From NCBI RefSeq assembly GCF_964355755.1, contig NC_092680.1:1364001-1428000 (forward strand): a stretch of 64,000 nucleotides of DNA. Direction: 5' to 3'. How positions within the stretch are numbered: the stretch's first letter is position 1; the number at the start of each line of letters is the position of its first letter. This stretch comes from Antedon mediterranea (lineage: Eukaryota; Animalia; Echinodermata). The notes under the pieces are model-generated. The model had not been told where the DNA came from. It saw only the letters and a program-made list of their open reading frames with translations, and ran no database searches. This document shows, in pieces, positions 1 to 15,367 of this stretch. Both the position numbers and the translations under genes were made by a program.

Positions 1-14
1 GTGACCTGTCTAAA

Positions 15-827
15 TTGCCTATTTTTGCTGCAGCAAACCTTAATAAAATACCGGTTGTGCCTGTGGATGCTATTGATGCCCCATTGATTTTCAGAGAACT
101 ACAAAGGTTGAGGACAGAATTCCATTGTGTTAAGGCCGACATAGCCTACGCTACTAACCAGCGATGTAAACTTGCTCAACAAGTGAGGGATGTTATGGAT
201 TCCCACAAAAAGTTAGCTGATCGTGATTTGCAACCTATTACAAACACTGTAAGTAACAAACTGTTTTCTAACGTAGTAGCAACCAATACCGGCCCAGTTG
301 CTAATAGTAAGAACAGCAACTCCGCTTCGGTAACACAGTTTGTGAAATCAGCTACCGTACCAGTATTGAAGAGGGGAATTACCCGTCCAGAAGTAAACAA
401 ACATGACGTAATGACTCATGCGCGTAGGCAAGCTCCGCCTTCCAGTGATCCGGACGCTCGTGATTGGATGGATTGTGATGACGGCTTTCAGTACCCAAGA
501 CGAAAACGCAAACGGGGTAATTTCAAGCGTGGAACCGGTGTTGATATTGCTTTAAAAGGTAGGGATCCCCCACCTTACAAGATGTATGTAGGAAACCTGA
601 GTCCTGATACTAAAGCGGACGAAATAAAATCGTATCTAAAAAGAGTAAAGAAAATTGACGTTACTGTGGAAGTGTTGCCTAGTAAGCGTTCTGACTATAC
701 TTCGTTTATGGTTGAATGCGGTTTTGCACATAAGAACTGTATTAATGAAGCGGAGCTCTGGCCTCAATCTGCTATAATCAGACGGTATTATGAACCGATA
801 AGGCAAACAATACATCATGATGGATAG
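15..827 (+). CDS. LINE ORF1 protein (coiled coil, basic patch, C-terminal RRM-like domain), probably 5'-partial
   Basis: C-terminal MYVGNLSPDT...SFMV...LWPQSAIIRRY is typical of non-LTR ORF1 RRM-like domains; stop overlaps the ORF2 start (atgatggatag). Confidence 0.8.
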   Translation: MPIFAAANLNKIPVVPVDAIDAPLIFRELQRLRTEFHCVKADIAYATNQRCKLAQQVRDVMDSHKKLADRDLQPITNTVSNKLFSNVVATNTGPVANSKNSNSASVTQFVKSATVPVLKRGITRPEVNKHDVMTHARRQAPPSSDPDARDWMDCDDGFQYPRRKRKRGNFKRGTGVDIALKGRDPPPYKMYVGNLSPDTKADEIKSYLKRVKKIDVTVEVLPSKRSDYTSFMVECGFAHKNCINEAELWPQSAIIRRYYEPIRQTIHHDG

Positions 828-3652
828 TGAATCTAAAATTAATTGTAGTAAACTGAAATGTGTTTCTTTTAACTGTAGGTCATTTAAATCTCGCAAAAAC
901 GAAATTTATGATCTTTGCATGAGTAATGATATTATTGCCATTCAGGAGCATTGGCTGCTTGATGACGAGTTACCTATATTAAAATCATTACATGAAGAGT
1001 TTGATTGTTTTGGGATATCGTCTGTTAAGAGTTCCGATGGCTTACTTGAAGGACGCCCCTATGGAGGCATTGCCATATTTTATAGAAAATGTTTGCACGA
1101 CTACATCAAAACAGTTAATTACAACGACAATAGGATTATTGGTTTGGAACTAGGAAGTGGTAATGATATTACACTCCTTATCAATGTATATCTTCCTTAT
1201 GAGTGCGATGAGCACTTCGCTGAATTTGTTGACTACCTGGGTACAATTCAATCTATAATTAGTGATTTCCATGGTGATAAAGTTATTGTATGTGGTGATT
1301 TTAATGCTGATCACAAAAAAAGATTTGGTGCTGAATTGTTAAATTTTACATCCGAGTGCGACTTAATTTTAACTGATTTAAATCTATTAGGACAGCACTC
1401 TGATAACTTTACTTATATCAGTGATGCTTTTGCTACAACGAGTTGGCTTGATCATGTCCTGTCTACCAACGGAGCTAATGCTCGGATAAAAGAGCTTTCC
1501 ATACGTTATGACATGATCGGTTCGGATCATTTTCCACTTTGCTTTGTTTATGATTTTTCTTTTGAAATTGAACATGAAAAAGATGACCAAAAGAATTATA
1601 CAAGCAATATAAATTGGCAGAAGGTTACTCATCAGGAAATTTACAACTATCAGGAGCGTACTGAATTGCTGCTTAATGATGTTGTTATTCCTCCTTCAGT
1701 ATGTTCATGCAATGATGTAAATTGTGGTGACACTAAACATTTTGATGATATTGATACTTTGTATAATAATATAATTTCTTGTCTTAATCAAGCTGCTAAT
1801 CATTCATTTGTTTCGCATGAAAGTAAATCTTTTAACGTTGTTCCCGGTTGGAACGACTATGTTTCGGAAGCTCATGATATAGCTAGGGAAGCTTTCTTGT
1901 TGTGGAAATGTAATGGGAAACCTAGACATGGTCCTTTATTTGATACCATGAAAGTTGCTAGATCTCGTTTTAAACTGACTCTTCGGAACTGCAGACAGAA
2001 TGAAGAGCAACTTCGAGCTGATAAGATTGCGAACTCTTATATTAATAACGATTTTAACAGTTTTTGGAATAACGTAAAGCGTATGAACAACTCATCTTCT
2101 GGTTCATCTAACATTATTAATGATGTTAGAGGGGATAATAATATATGTAAAACATGGGCTGATCATTATGAGAAGCTTTTCAATTGTGTTAACAATGATA
2201 CTCATAGAATTTATGTTGAAAGACATCTTAATGAAATTAATGTATCTGCTTTTGATGATAAAATTTGTACTGATAGTAATATATTGGATAGTATAAATAA
2301 GCTCAATAGTGGTAAATCCCCTGGGTTTGACGGGCTTAGTGCAGAGCATTTGAAGTATGCTTCAAAACATGTTATTACTTTACTTAGTTTATGTTTTAAT
2401 GCTATGTGTATCCACGGCCATGTCACTGATGAAATGGTACGAGTTGTACTGGTGCCTATAATTAAGAGTAAATCTGGTGACATTACGAGTATGGATAATT
2501 ATAGGCCTATAGCTCTTGCTTCTGTTGTATCTAAGATATTTGAAACATTGTTAATCAATTATTGTGGAGATACCCTTAAGTCAGGGGATCACCAGTTTGC
2601 TTTTAAAAGTCAACACTCAACGGATACTTGTATCTTTGTTTTTAAGCAGATAGTAGATTACTATAATAGGAATGGGAGCCCCGTATTTACTTGTTTTCTC
2701 GACGCGAGTAAAGCGTTCGACCGAGTCAATCACTGGTCACTGTACAGGCAATTAATTATGAGAGAAACAAACATTATTGCTATTAGACTTCTAAAATCTT
2801 GGTATGAGAATCAACGATTTTTTGTTAGATGGGGTAACTCTATGTCTTCAGGTTTTAAAGTTACCAATGGCGTTAGACAGGGTGGTGTTATGTCTCCTCT
2901 GTTATACAATGTTTACATTGACAATTTAAACAGTATGCTTAGTGATTGTAATTTTGGTTGTGAGCTCAATAATACAAAGTTCAACAACTTAAGTTATGCA
3001 GATGACATGGTGTTACTTGCGCCCTCTTTAGATGCCCTCCAAAAGATGGTTAACATATGTGAGGATTTTGCTAATGACTTTGATGTATTATATAATTCAA
3101 AAAAAATCAATTTGCATGTGTTTTTGCCCTAGGAAAAGAAAACTGAATGGTAATTATGTTACTGTTCTATGTGGTAAAGAACTAAATTACGTTCAATCCA
3201 CTACCTACCTTGGTTGTGTTATCAGCAATGATACTAGGGACGAACTGGATATTAAAAGGCAATATCGATCATTATGTATTAGAGGTAACTCTCTTTGTAG
3301 AAAATTTAGTAAATGCTCAACAGATGTTAAGATTACTTTGTTTAAGTCATACTGTATTAGTATGTATTGTGCGGCCTTATGGTGCGATTTTAATGTAAAA
3401 ACTATAAAGTCATTACAGGTCTGTTATAATAACGCACTTAGAAAGATTTTAAGACGCTCAAGGAGCTGTAGTGCTAGTGCTATGTTTGTTGATAACCATG
3501 TTCCCTCCTTCTATGAGTACATTCGGAAATCAATTTTTTGTTTCAAAACAAAAATTGAAAAAAGCTGTAATACTTTAATTACATGTGTTTTTTCTCGTAT
3601 TCTAAAAGATTCAAAGTTGCATAGAAAATGGACAGAACTTTTGTATATTTAA
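817..3652 (+). CDS. LINE ORF2: AP endonuclease + reverse transcriptase, split by a +1 frameshift in an A8 run at 3099-3106
   Basis: APE motifs SFNCRS, IQEHW, GDFNA, WLDHV, SDHFP; RT motifs NYRPIAL, FLDASKAFDRV, GVRQGGVMSP, YADD. Removing one A joins ORF 817-3132 to ORF 3032-3652 (YNSKKSICMCF). Confidence 0.9.
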
Positions 3653-4373
3653 TCTCATGTATACTTTTACGTGTGTTAACTAGTATCAGTAAAGCCATAA
3701 TATGTGTTGTTTTTGTAAACTTTATGTGTTTCATATGGACAGTTTGTCTGAAATAAAGTTGAATTGAATGATATTGTTTATTTGACGAAACTGCGTTAGG
3801 GAAATTAGCGGTACAGTACGTCCGTCTAGAAAGCGTCGGACGCATCCAAAAATTGGACGTATTCAGAAATTCAGGTACTGTATGCATATGTGGCATACTG
3901 TATCACGTCAGAATCGGATCTTGAAAGTTTGAGCTTCAGCTCCCATCACTGTTGAGAGTTGCTTTTACTGCCCTGATATTTTTTCTTTTTTTTACACTCT
4001 TTATCAAACCACCGTGTTTCCATCTTCACTTATCCATGTTGATTGAATGACTCAATATGAATATGTTGGGATACTTTAGATGAAGAAGGGCTTGGACGTC
4101 TATAAAAAAATTCTGTCCTTTTTTTCATTCTTTTCGATTTGCAGTACAGTATGTGTTGTTATAAAAAGTTAAATAAGTACAGTATTTGATGACTTGTACT
4201 TGTATTTTTTTAATAGAAAATATCAAACAAAATACATTGCCTGTGGCGAGTGGACTTCTTTTCTATTCATGTCTACAGTACAGCAAATTTGTACAACCAT
4301 CATTTAAACTACATGTATTAATTATTATTTCAGATTATTTATTCTCTGTAACTGATATTGCTTTAACAAAAAC

Positions 4374-6874
<2,501 letters not shown>

Positions 6875-7414
6875 TAATGGGAAATAAAATTTAACTTTAA
6901 CCATGGTCATTTGAGAAAGTACACACAGTTTACAGTGGCCATGTTGTGGGAAGACATTTTTACAATCATTAAACAATAAAACACTATTTAAAAGAGGGGA
7001 TATAAAAAAGCAAAAAAGCACCTATGGTTTTAACAATCTTTAAAAGTTTAAATAGCCAAAAAATAGATAGTATAGTACCACTGTACAGGTTGTGAGAATA
7101 GACAAAACTAATTTGAAATAAAATTAGTTGCTAGAAACTGTTGGACATTTCATTTGTTTTATTTTGTCATATTCTATATGAGGAACAGTATAAGCCGACC
7201 TGAATACAATGGGATTTACTAATTACATTATAATTATGATTATATTATTAATTTATTATGATAAGATGTGCTGTAAATAAGTCATTGACACTTTATATGT
7301 GCCGATAAATTTCGTATTTTGTTTTTTAAGAATTATGTATAAATAAAAACTAAACTAAATTATTATTATTTCAGATTATTGTTTCCAATTGACATTGCCT
7401 TAACAAAAAAAAAT

Positions 7415-8947
7415 ATGAACTACAAATGTGAACATTGTGGAGAGAAATTTGAATTAAATGCTTTAAAAGAGCATTTAGGAATACATATACAGAGCAAAGA
7501 GTTACAATGTCAACACTGTGAAGAGACATTTTTTGAAGAAGATGATTTTGAGCGGCATTGCCAGACACACACAACATGTTTAGACCAGGCAACCTTTCAA
7601 TGCAGATATTGTGCAAAGGAATTCCATTGCAATGACATTCTGAAAGAGCATTTAAAAACACACACTAAAGATGTGCCTGGTGAATATGAATGTGAACATT
7701 GTGGGAAGAAATTCAAAAGAAGTGGGCATTTGAAAGGCCATTTGAGAATACACACAGGAGAGAAACCATATGAATGTGAACATTGTGGGAAGAAATTTAT
7801 TCAAAGTGGTGATCTGAAAACACATGTAAGAATACACACAGGAGAGACACCGTATGAATGTGAACATTGTGGGAAGAAATTTAGAAGAAGTGGGCATTTG
7901 AAAATCCATTTGAAAATACACACAGGAGAGACACCATTTGAATGTGAACATTGTGGGAAGAAATTTATTCGAAGTGGTGATCTGAAAATACATGTAAGAA
8001 TACACACAGGAGAGACACCGTATGAATGTGAACATTGTGGGAAGAAATTTAATCGAAGTGGGAATTTGAAAACACATATAAGAATACACACAGGAGAGAC
8101 ACCGTATGAATGTAAACATTGTGGAAAGAAATTTATAAGAAGTGGGCATTTGAAAATCCATTTGAGAATACACACAGGAGAGACGTTGTATGAATGTGAA
8201 TATTGTGGGAAGAAATTTATTCGAAGTGATGTTCTGCAAACACATATAAGAATACACACACAAGAGACTCCATATAAATGTGAACATTGCGGGAAGAAAT
8301 TTAAGGAAAATGGCAATTTGACAAAACATTTAATAATACACACAAAAGAGAGACCATATGAATGTGAACATTGTGGGAAACAATTTAAAAGAAGTGAACA
8401 TTTGAAAACACATTTGAGAATACACACAGGAGAGAAACCATATGAATGTGAACATTGCGGGAAGAAATTTCTTCGAAGTGGTGATCAGAAAGCACATATA
8501 AGAACACACACAGGAGAAACACCGTTTGAATGTGAACATTGCGGGAAGAAATTTAAACAAAGTGGGTCTTTAAAAAGACATTTGAAAATACACACAAAAG
8601 AGACACCATATGAATGTGGACAATTTGGGAAAAAATTTATAAGTAGTGGGGATTTGAAAAGCCATTTGCGAATACACACAGGAGAGACGCTGTATGAATG
8701 TGAACATTGTGGGAAGAAATTTAAACAAAAAAGGAGTTTGACTGAACATTTGAGAATACACACAGGAGAGAGACCATATGAATGTGAACATTGCGGGAAG
8801 AAATTTAAACAAAAAGGGAGTTTGACTGAACATTTCAGAATACACACAGGAGAGACACCATATGAATGTGGACAATGTGGACAAACATTTATTCGAAGTG
8901 GGTATTTGAAAACACATTTGAGAATACACACAGGAGAGACATCATAG
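7415..8947 (+). CDS. Tandem C2H2 zinc-finger protein, cassette 2 (3 atypical + 15 tandem fingers), ending at an in-frame TAG
   Basis: Same repeat as cassette 1; ATG at 7415; finger coding continues in the same frame after the TAG at 8945. Confidence 0.85.
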   Translation: MNYKCEHCGEKFELNALKEHLGIHIQSKELQCQHCEETFFEEDDFERHCQTHTTCLDQATFQCRYCAKEFHCNDILKEHLKTHTKDVPGEYECEHCGKKFKRSGHLKGHLRIHTGEKPYECEHCGKKFIQSGDLKTHVRIHTGETPYECEHCGKKFRRSGHLKIHLKIHTGETPFECEHCGKKFIRSGDLKIHVRIHTGETPYECEHCGKKFNRSGNLKTHIRIHTGETPYECKHCGKKFIRSGHLKIHLRIHTGETLYECEYCGKKFIRSDVLQTHIRIHTQETPYKCEHCGKKFKENGNLTKHLIIHTKERPYECEHCGKQFKRSEHLKTHLRIHTGEKPYECEHCGKKFLRSGDQKAHIRTHTGETPFECEHCGKKFKQSGSLKRHLKIHTKETPYECGQFGKKFISSGDLKSHLRIHTGETLYECEHCGKKFKQKRSLTEHLRIHTGERPYECEHCGKKFKQKGSLTEHFRIHTGETPYECGQCGQTFIRSGYLKTHLRIHTGETS

Positions 8948-9755
8948 GAATATGAACATTGCGGGAAGAAATTTAGACAAAATGGGTCTTTAGAAAGCCA
9001 TTTGAGAATACACACAGGAGAGAAACCATATGAATGTGTACATTGTGGGAAGAAATTTAAGCAAAAAGGCCATTTGACAGAACATTTGAGAATACACACA
9101 GGAGAGACACCATATGAATGTGAACATTGTGAGTTAAAATTTAAGCAAAATGACCATTTGAAAACACATTTAAGAATACACACAGGAGAGAAACCATATG
9201 AATGTGTACATTGTGGGAAGAAATTTAAGCAAAAAGGCCATTTGACAGAACATTTGAGAATACACACAGGAGAGACACCATATGAATGTGAACATTGTGA
9301 GTTAAAATTTAAGCAAAATGACCATTTGAAAACACATTTAAGAATACACACAGGAGAGAAACCATATGAATGTGTACATTGTGGGAAGAAATTTAAGCAA
9401 AAAGGCCATTTGACAGAACATTTGAGAATACACACAGGAGAGAAACCATATGAATGTGAACATTGTGAGTTAAAATTTAAGCAAAATGACCATTTGAAAA
9501 CACATTTAAGAATACACACAGGAGAGACACCATATGAATTGCAGGAAGAAATGTAGAGAAATGGGGCATTTAAAAAAACAGTTGCGAATACACACAGGAG
9601 AAACACCGTTTGAATGTGAACATTGTGGGAAGAAATTTATTCATTTTAATGCATTTAGACATTTGAGGAAACAGAGAACAGAAACAGAAACTTGGCCTAT
9701 AAATGGATCATTTGTTGGAAGAAATTTAATAAAACTAAAAAGATATTTAAACTAA
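8948..9755 (+). pseudogene. Zinc-finger repeats stranded downstream of the cassette 2 stop
   Basis: About 8 further fingers, including three near-identical 168-bp two-finger units (KQKGHLT/KQNDHLK) and a deletion frameshift near 9540. Confidence 0.75.
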
Positions 9756-9831
9756 AGGTTGAACAGGTGACAATCATTTTACTTTACTTGTACTGCAATA
9801 AGAGAGATAAATAAAAGTGGAATTTATAACT

Positions 9832-10393
9832 AACTAGAGGGTACTCCGAGAGTACAAACCTCCGCCTACTGTAAAATTCACTTACATTAAATGTCCCCGG
9901 AAAATATATATATTTAAAAAAATTTTTTTTTTATTAGTTTTAAGTGTAAATAGGCTAACTGCACACTACAAAGTTGTGGATGAGAGTTTGGTGTAATGGT
10001 TATGTATCCAGCCTCTCACAGTTGAGATCGCTGGTTCAAGGCCCGCTGACGTTTTTTTTTTATTTCTTTTTTTTTGTGGACCTTGATCTTTGACCCTGAC
10101 CCTTCAAAATTTAACCACAATTATATAATGAGTCATTGATCATTGTGGCTAAGTTTGGTGAGAATCGGATAAAAACTAGGCAGTAAAATAGTTTTTTGTT
10201 AGTTGTGACCTTGACCTATGACCTTTTCCTCTCAAATTCGAACTCGTCCGAGCTTTTGGGGTACAGATCATTGTGGCCAAATTTGGTGAGAATCGGATGA
10301 AAACTGTGGTCTCCAGGCTGTTCACAGACACACACAAACACGCACACAAACATACAGGGGTGAAAATATAACCTCCTTGGCGGAGGTAATAAT
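9832..10393 (+). mobile_element. Non-autonomous Helentron/HINE (DINE-1-like) element
   Basis: Starts aactagagggtact..aacctccgcc, ends aacctccttggcggaggtaat (sub-terminal IR acctccgcc/ggcggaggt plus 3' stem-loop), with an ACAC microsatellite near the 3' end and duplicated tttggtgagaatcggat blocks. Confidence 0.65.
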
Positions 10394-10940
10394 ATCAATA
10401 TTACGTGTTGTTTTGTTTAATTCGTCCTTGTTGCTAATGTTATTATTATCCAATGATTATTTTAAGGTTATTATCCAGAGATAATAAAATATTTTAATGT
10501 CAGAAAAACAGATATTGCATCTGAATCCCTTGATGGTCATTTTAAGACAATTTTTTTTAAATGATCTATAAAATGTATACTTTTGCTGTGGTTATTGAGA
10601 TGTTGATTGAATTTTAGTATTTATCTTGTCCATCTGCTGGAGTTCATAGATTGCAATTAACTATGCAACTGAAGCATAAACCAATTAGAGATTGGCAGCC
10701 AGAAAGGCAACTGATGTTTGTCGCAAGAAATGATACCTGTAAAAGAAAATTAAAAACATGATGGTATAATGATATGAAAAAAACGCTAATTTAGAAGTGT
10801 AATTTTTTGTTTTTTTAATAGGATAAAATACTGATGAGGATCGTGAAGCCCGGTCGTATCCACGATTTTGAAATAAGAACTGACAACTGTGTATACACTA
10901 TTCATGTGTTCTCAATTCTTTATTGAAAAATTCTAACCTA

Positions 10941-12287
10941 TATTATTATTATTATTATTATTTATTGCCAAAAACCAGTTACAAACAAACAAAACACAGA
11001 AACTAAGGGAGTAGGCAGGAACCTAAAAGTGAACCTAATCACTATAACAAGAGTTCAGGTTCCGTACTCCCAAAAGTAACAACAATGATATAAAATAAAC
11101 TATATAAAAATATTTAAAAAACAAATAGACGAATCAACAGTGTCAATATAAAATAAACGGATAAAATACATAATAGTCGATTCAACAAAGTCAATATAAA
11201 ACATGTGATTTAAGTGAATTTAAAAATATTTGAAAACTGTCTAAAATTAAAGAATTTTTAATCATTTCCGGTAATTCTTCCCACAACCTAGGGAATATAT
11301 TAATAGCGGAATGATGAAGACAATTGGTTCGAGCATAGTGATGAATGAACTTAAATGTATCAAGGTGACGGCCATTAACAACTATAGATTGACGAACACT
11401 ACTACAATCAACCGTTCCAATAAGTGATTTACAAACAAAGGATAACAGAAGATAATTTCTTCGATTAGATAGTGTAGGCCAATTTAGCTTAGTGAGACGT
11501 TCCTCGTATTCCATTTCACCTCTTGTTTGTTTAAGGACAAGCCTAGTAGCCCTTCGCTGGACTGCCTCGATACGTTCTGTAAGTTTTTTGGTTCGAGGCA
11601 ACCACGCTGGGACACCATATTCAAGGATGGGGACAATGAGAGCTTTATAGAGTGAGAAAATAGCTGAAGGGGATGATCCTCCTGCAATACTAGTAATAAA
11701 ACCCAAAATTCGATTTGAACGAGAAATAATTAAGTTTACATGGTCATCCCAAGTAAGTTCACTATTAATCGTGACCCCCAGATGACAATGACTAGATACG
11801 GATTTAATAGGCAAGTCATTTATACGATAAACAGGTCTATACTCTTTCCTTGATCTTGTAATGTGGAGAACCTTGGTTTTATTTAAGTTAAGCTCCATTT
11901 CATTTAGATCACACCAAGAGGAAAGCCTGATCAGATCACACTGAAGAACAACTTCATCGTCTACAGTAAATATATTTCTATAAATTATCGTGTCATCGGC
12001 AAACAATGCACATGGAGAAATAATAGATGAGGGAAGGTCATTTATAAATAAGTTAAAAATAAGGGGTCCAAGTACGCTGCCCTGTGGTATGCCAGAGGTA
12101 ACTGGGGATGATGGGCTAATGGATCCTTGATACAAGACTCTTTGGGAACGTCCCAATAGAAATGACTTGATCCATTTCCAGACATTGCCTCTGATATTAA
12201 AGTGGCTAGCCAGCTTATTTAAAATAATATGGTGAGGCAGTTTATCAAACGCTTTGTCGAGAAAGATAACATCAATTCTGGGGGCTT
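10941..12287 (-). mobile_element. 5'-truncated CR1/L2-group LINE (RT C-terminal half, 3' UTR, (TAA)n tail)
   Basis: Frame open from ~12285 to 11191: IDVIFLD-KAFD, SGIPQGSVLGP, FADD, LYKALIVPILEYG, IEAVQRRATR; (taa)n tail at 10941-10965. Confidence 0.9.
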
Positions 12288-13237
12288 TATTATTATTTTT
12301 TTTTTTTTATTATTTATTATTATTTACAGATTCTACAATACATAGGCCAAAATAATATTAATATTTTTGTTATGTTTGTCGACATTAACCAGTCTAAACT
12401 GGGCTCTTAAACTGTATATTTAAAATTCTTTTGACAAAAATAAAATGTTGTTATTAGTGTGGTACACCCTCATTTTTATATGTATTGGTTTCATTTAGGT
12501 TAAAACAGAAGATAGTTGTCATGTGATAACTAATTAGGGCTAGTACCTAACCACCAGGAAACTGAATACCCAGTATTTTACCAGCCCGTAAATTGGAACG
12601 ACGTAAATTACTCTAGCACCTTTCTCCCCTTGCTCCCCTTGCTCCTTGGCGGCTCCGTCACCATGCCTAATGTTGAGCCCCTCACCACCCTTAAAATTGT
12701 CCTATATCCGCCCTTGTAATAAATAAATACCTCGAGGTAATTGCTGAAATGATTAGTTCTGTACTGCTATTCGCTTCAGATCAGGAGGCAGTAACGGCGT
12801 TCCATACTTTCATCTTCCTTCTCGATCCTCGTGCGCGCTCGATTCATCCTCTCCTGATCCTCCTCTCAGATCTCCTACTACCTCTACCACGCAAAGCCAC
12901 CGTTGTACCACCACAACCGAACCCGGGCTATATTATCACCATAAAAAAAATTTGAAGATCTTTATTAATATTAGCTTGAATGTGTATATTCCGTCTTCCG
13001 GTTTCGTGAGTTTGAAGCTTTAACTGTTGTTTAATTGTCAAAAGTAAGATGAAATATTTTTAATTTACACGTAGGCCTAGGCCTAGGTAATACTATTAGG
13101 CAGGCTAGGCCTAGCCTGCCTAACTAGGCCTAGCTAGGGCCTAGGCCTAGTTACTAACTAAGTTAAGATATATTATTATGGCTAGTCTAAACTCTAGCCT
13201 AGGCGTGTTATGAGGGATGAGGAATGTGAGGGTTTAC

Positions 13238-15367
13238 GATGAAATCGGTCGCGTCTGAAATCGGTCGCGATAAAATCAACTTCCGGTATTTTGTATGGCG
13301 CGCCGCTAGAGCTATACTTTTGATGATATCGGTCGCGTTTGAAATCGGTCGCGCTATTTTGAATGGATCGAGCGGGATGCATGCTAGAGCGGAATATACA
13401 TTTTTCGTTTATATAGATTTAATTGATATTTTTTAGGAACTAGATTATTTATGTAGATATTTTTTACTTGGTAATATTTATTATCAATCATTAAATTAAT
13501 TTTTTTTTGTAGGCCTATTTCACAGGTCTCGGAGAAGGACTGTGTCTTTTCAAAATGGCCATTTCTAAACACGTTTAAATATTATATTAGGCATAATGTT
13601 ATATTAGGCATATAATAATTTACCTCTATTTATATGTACTGTAATTAATATATATATAGAGAATATACGTCTGTCGTGTCTTTTATTATGCAAACAATTA
13701 CGTATGGTTTTAGGATATTAATAAAATATATAGATAATATGCCGTTATAAATCAATCTACCGGCCTACAGTAGGACTATGATGTACAATGATAGATAAAG
13801 GTGAACACGATTCTCAAAGAGCTAGTAGGTAATCTGCACTGATATTTAAACATTTAGGCCTAGATTTACTAAACGGCGTATGAATGCGAGACACTGAGTT
13901 GCACTTAATTATTTACATTAAATGATTATTATAAATGAAGAAATAAAAGATATTCAAATTAAAATCTATAGTATCGCCGACGTATTTACGTAAATTATAT
14001 ATAAATCATACTGTCAAATTATAGAAACAGTACTTTATTCGGAATTATTATGGATCATAGCAAGCCTGTGAGCTACAGCGACTTTAATTGCTTTTGCTTA
14101 TCCTTGCCTCCTTAGATTTCAATTCCAGGTGTCTTGATTTTGTTACCTACGTTTTAAATGTATTTCGATTTTAAAGGCTAAATAAAGAATGAATGAATGA
14201 ATGAACATGATCTCATAATCGCATCGAGCATCTATAGCTCATTGAATCGTTTCACAAAAACACGTGCAGGAGGCCTATAGACGTTTCAAACGTATGGTTA
14301 TTAGTAATAGACGTCATCTTTATCTCGCCATGGACAACGACCGTACGTGTTTTGTCCATGAGTTGACATACTAACAAGTGCGTGTTTTTTAAAAAGGGGA
14401 AACCCCGTCAGCAAAATAACGTATTGTTAGAGGAAACAGCTTCACGATCATAGAAGGCGCATCTCCGTCGATATGGCTTATTCGGGGGTTTATTTCAGTA
14501 ACTCGCCCTTTTAACCATCCGCATATAATGATCATTTTACTAAAAACTATTTTAAACATTAGAAATAAAATATACACGTGATTTGCCTCAACAATAATCA
14601 TTACACTTAATATTATCCTACATAACGGATAGAAATAAAAATAAGGTGATCGAATAGTATGTTGTTAACGACATGGATATGATATAATCTGTATAAAAAT
14701 GGATACGCTGGCTTTACGGGCTATATTGTAAAAATTATTGTTTTTAAATAAATTGTTCTCTTTTACGTAATTGTTTGCATAATAAAAGACACGACAGACG
14801 TATATTCTCTATATAATATATTAATTACAGTACATATAAATAGAGGTATTTTATTTTTATTTTTATTTCTTTATTCTGATATAAAATCAATAGGATAAAA
14901 ACACAAAAAAGTACCGAGACGGCAAACTTATTTCCATTGTGGTCCTAAATTTCCATTGTGGTCCTAGGTAAATTATTATATGCCTAATATAACATTATGC
15001 CTAATATAATATTTAAACGTGTTTAGAAATGGCCATTTTGAAAAGACACAGTCCTTCTCCAAGACCTGTGAAATACAAAAAAAAAATTAATTTAATGATT
15101 GATAATAAATATTTATTAACCAAGTAAAAAATATCCACATAAATAATCTAGTTCCTAAAAAATATCAATTAACTATATAAACGAAAAATGTATATCCCGC
15201 TCTAGCATGCATCCCGCTCGATCCATACAAAATAGCGCGACCGATTTCAAACGCGACCGATTTCAAACGCGACCGATATCATCAAAGGTACAGCTCTAGC
15301 GGCGCGCCATACAAAATACCGGAAGTTGATTTTATCGCGACCGATTTCAAACGCGACCGATTTCATC
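13238..15367. mobile_element. Foldback / long-TIR non-autonomous DNA element
   Basis: Arm 13238-13704 is the near reverse complement of 14764-15367; both carry repeated gaaatcggtcgcg motifs; ~1.06-kb non-coding centre. Confidence 0.8.
14849..14965 (-). mobile_element. Extremely 5'-truncated LINE 3' tail inserted in the right arm of the foldback element
   Basis: Absent from the left arm; flanked by a 5-bp duplication aggta (14844-14848 and 14966-14970); minus strand reads ggaccacaatggaaataag...aataaagaaataaaaataaaa. Confidence 0.75.

Larger units (their letters stand above)
1..3768 (+). mobile_element. Non-LTR retrotransposon (LINE), RTE-X-like, near full length; 5' end outside the window
   Basis: Two-ORF layout (ORF1 then APE-RT ORF2), short 3' UTR ending aataaagttgaattgaa at ~3768, where similarity to the paralogous ZNF upstream region (16145+) begins. 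The clade call rests on remembered motifs (GRPYGG, VPGWNDYV, LFKSYCISMYCAALW) and is tentative. Confidence 0.9.

Noticed and set aside
3099-3106. Programmed ribosomal frameshift in LINE ORF2
   Set aside because: Not a known feature inside non-LTR RT domains; a homopolymer indel or sequencing error is simpler.
8945-8947. Stop-codon readthrough or recoding in ZNF cassette 2
   Set aside because: The finger at the stop has also lost its first Cys (TAG GAA TAT), pointing to decay.
9985-10048. tRNA gene
   Set aside because: Only A/B-box-like remnants, no complete cloverleaf; lies inside a repeat element.
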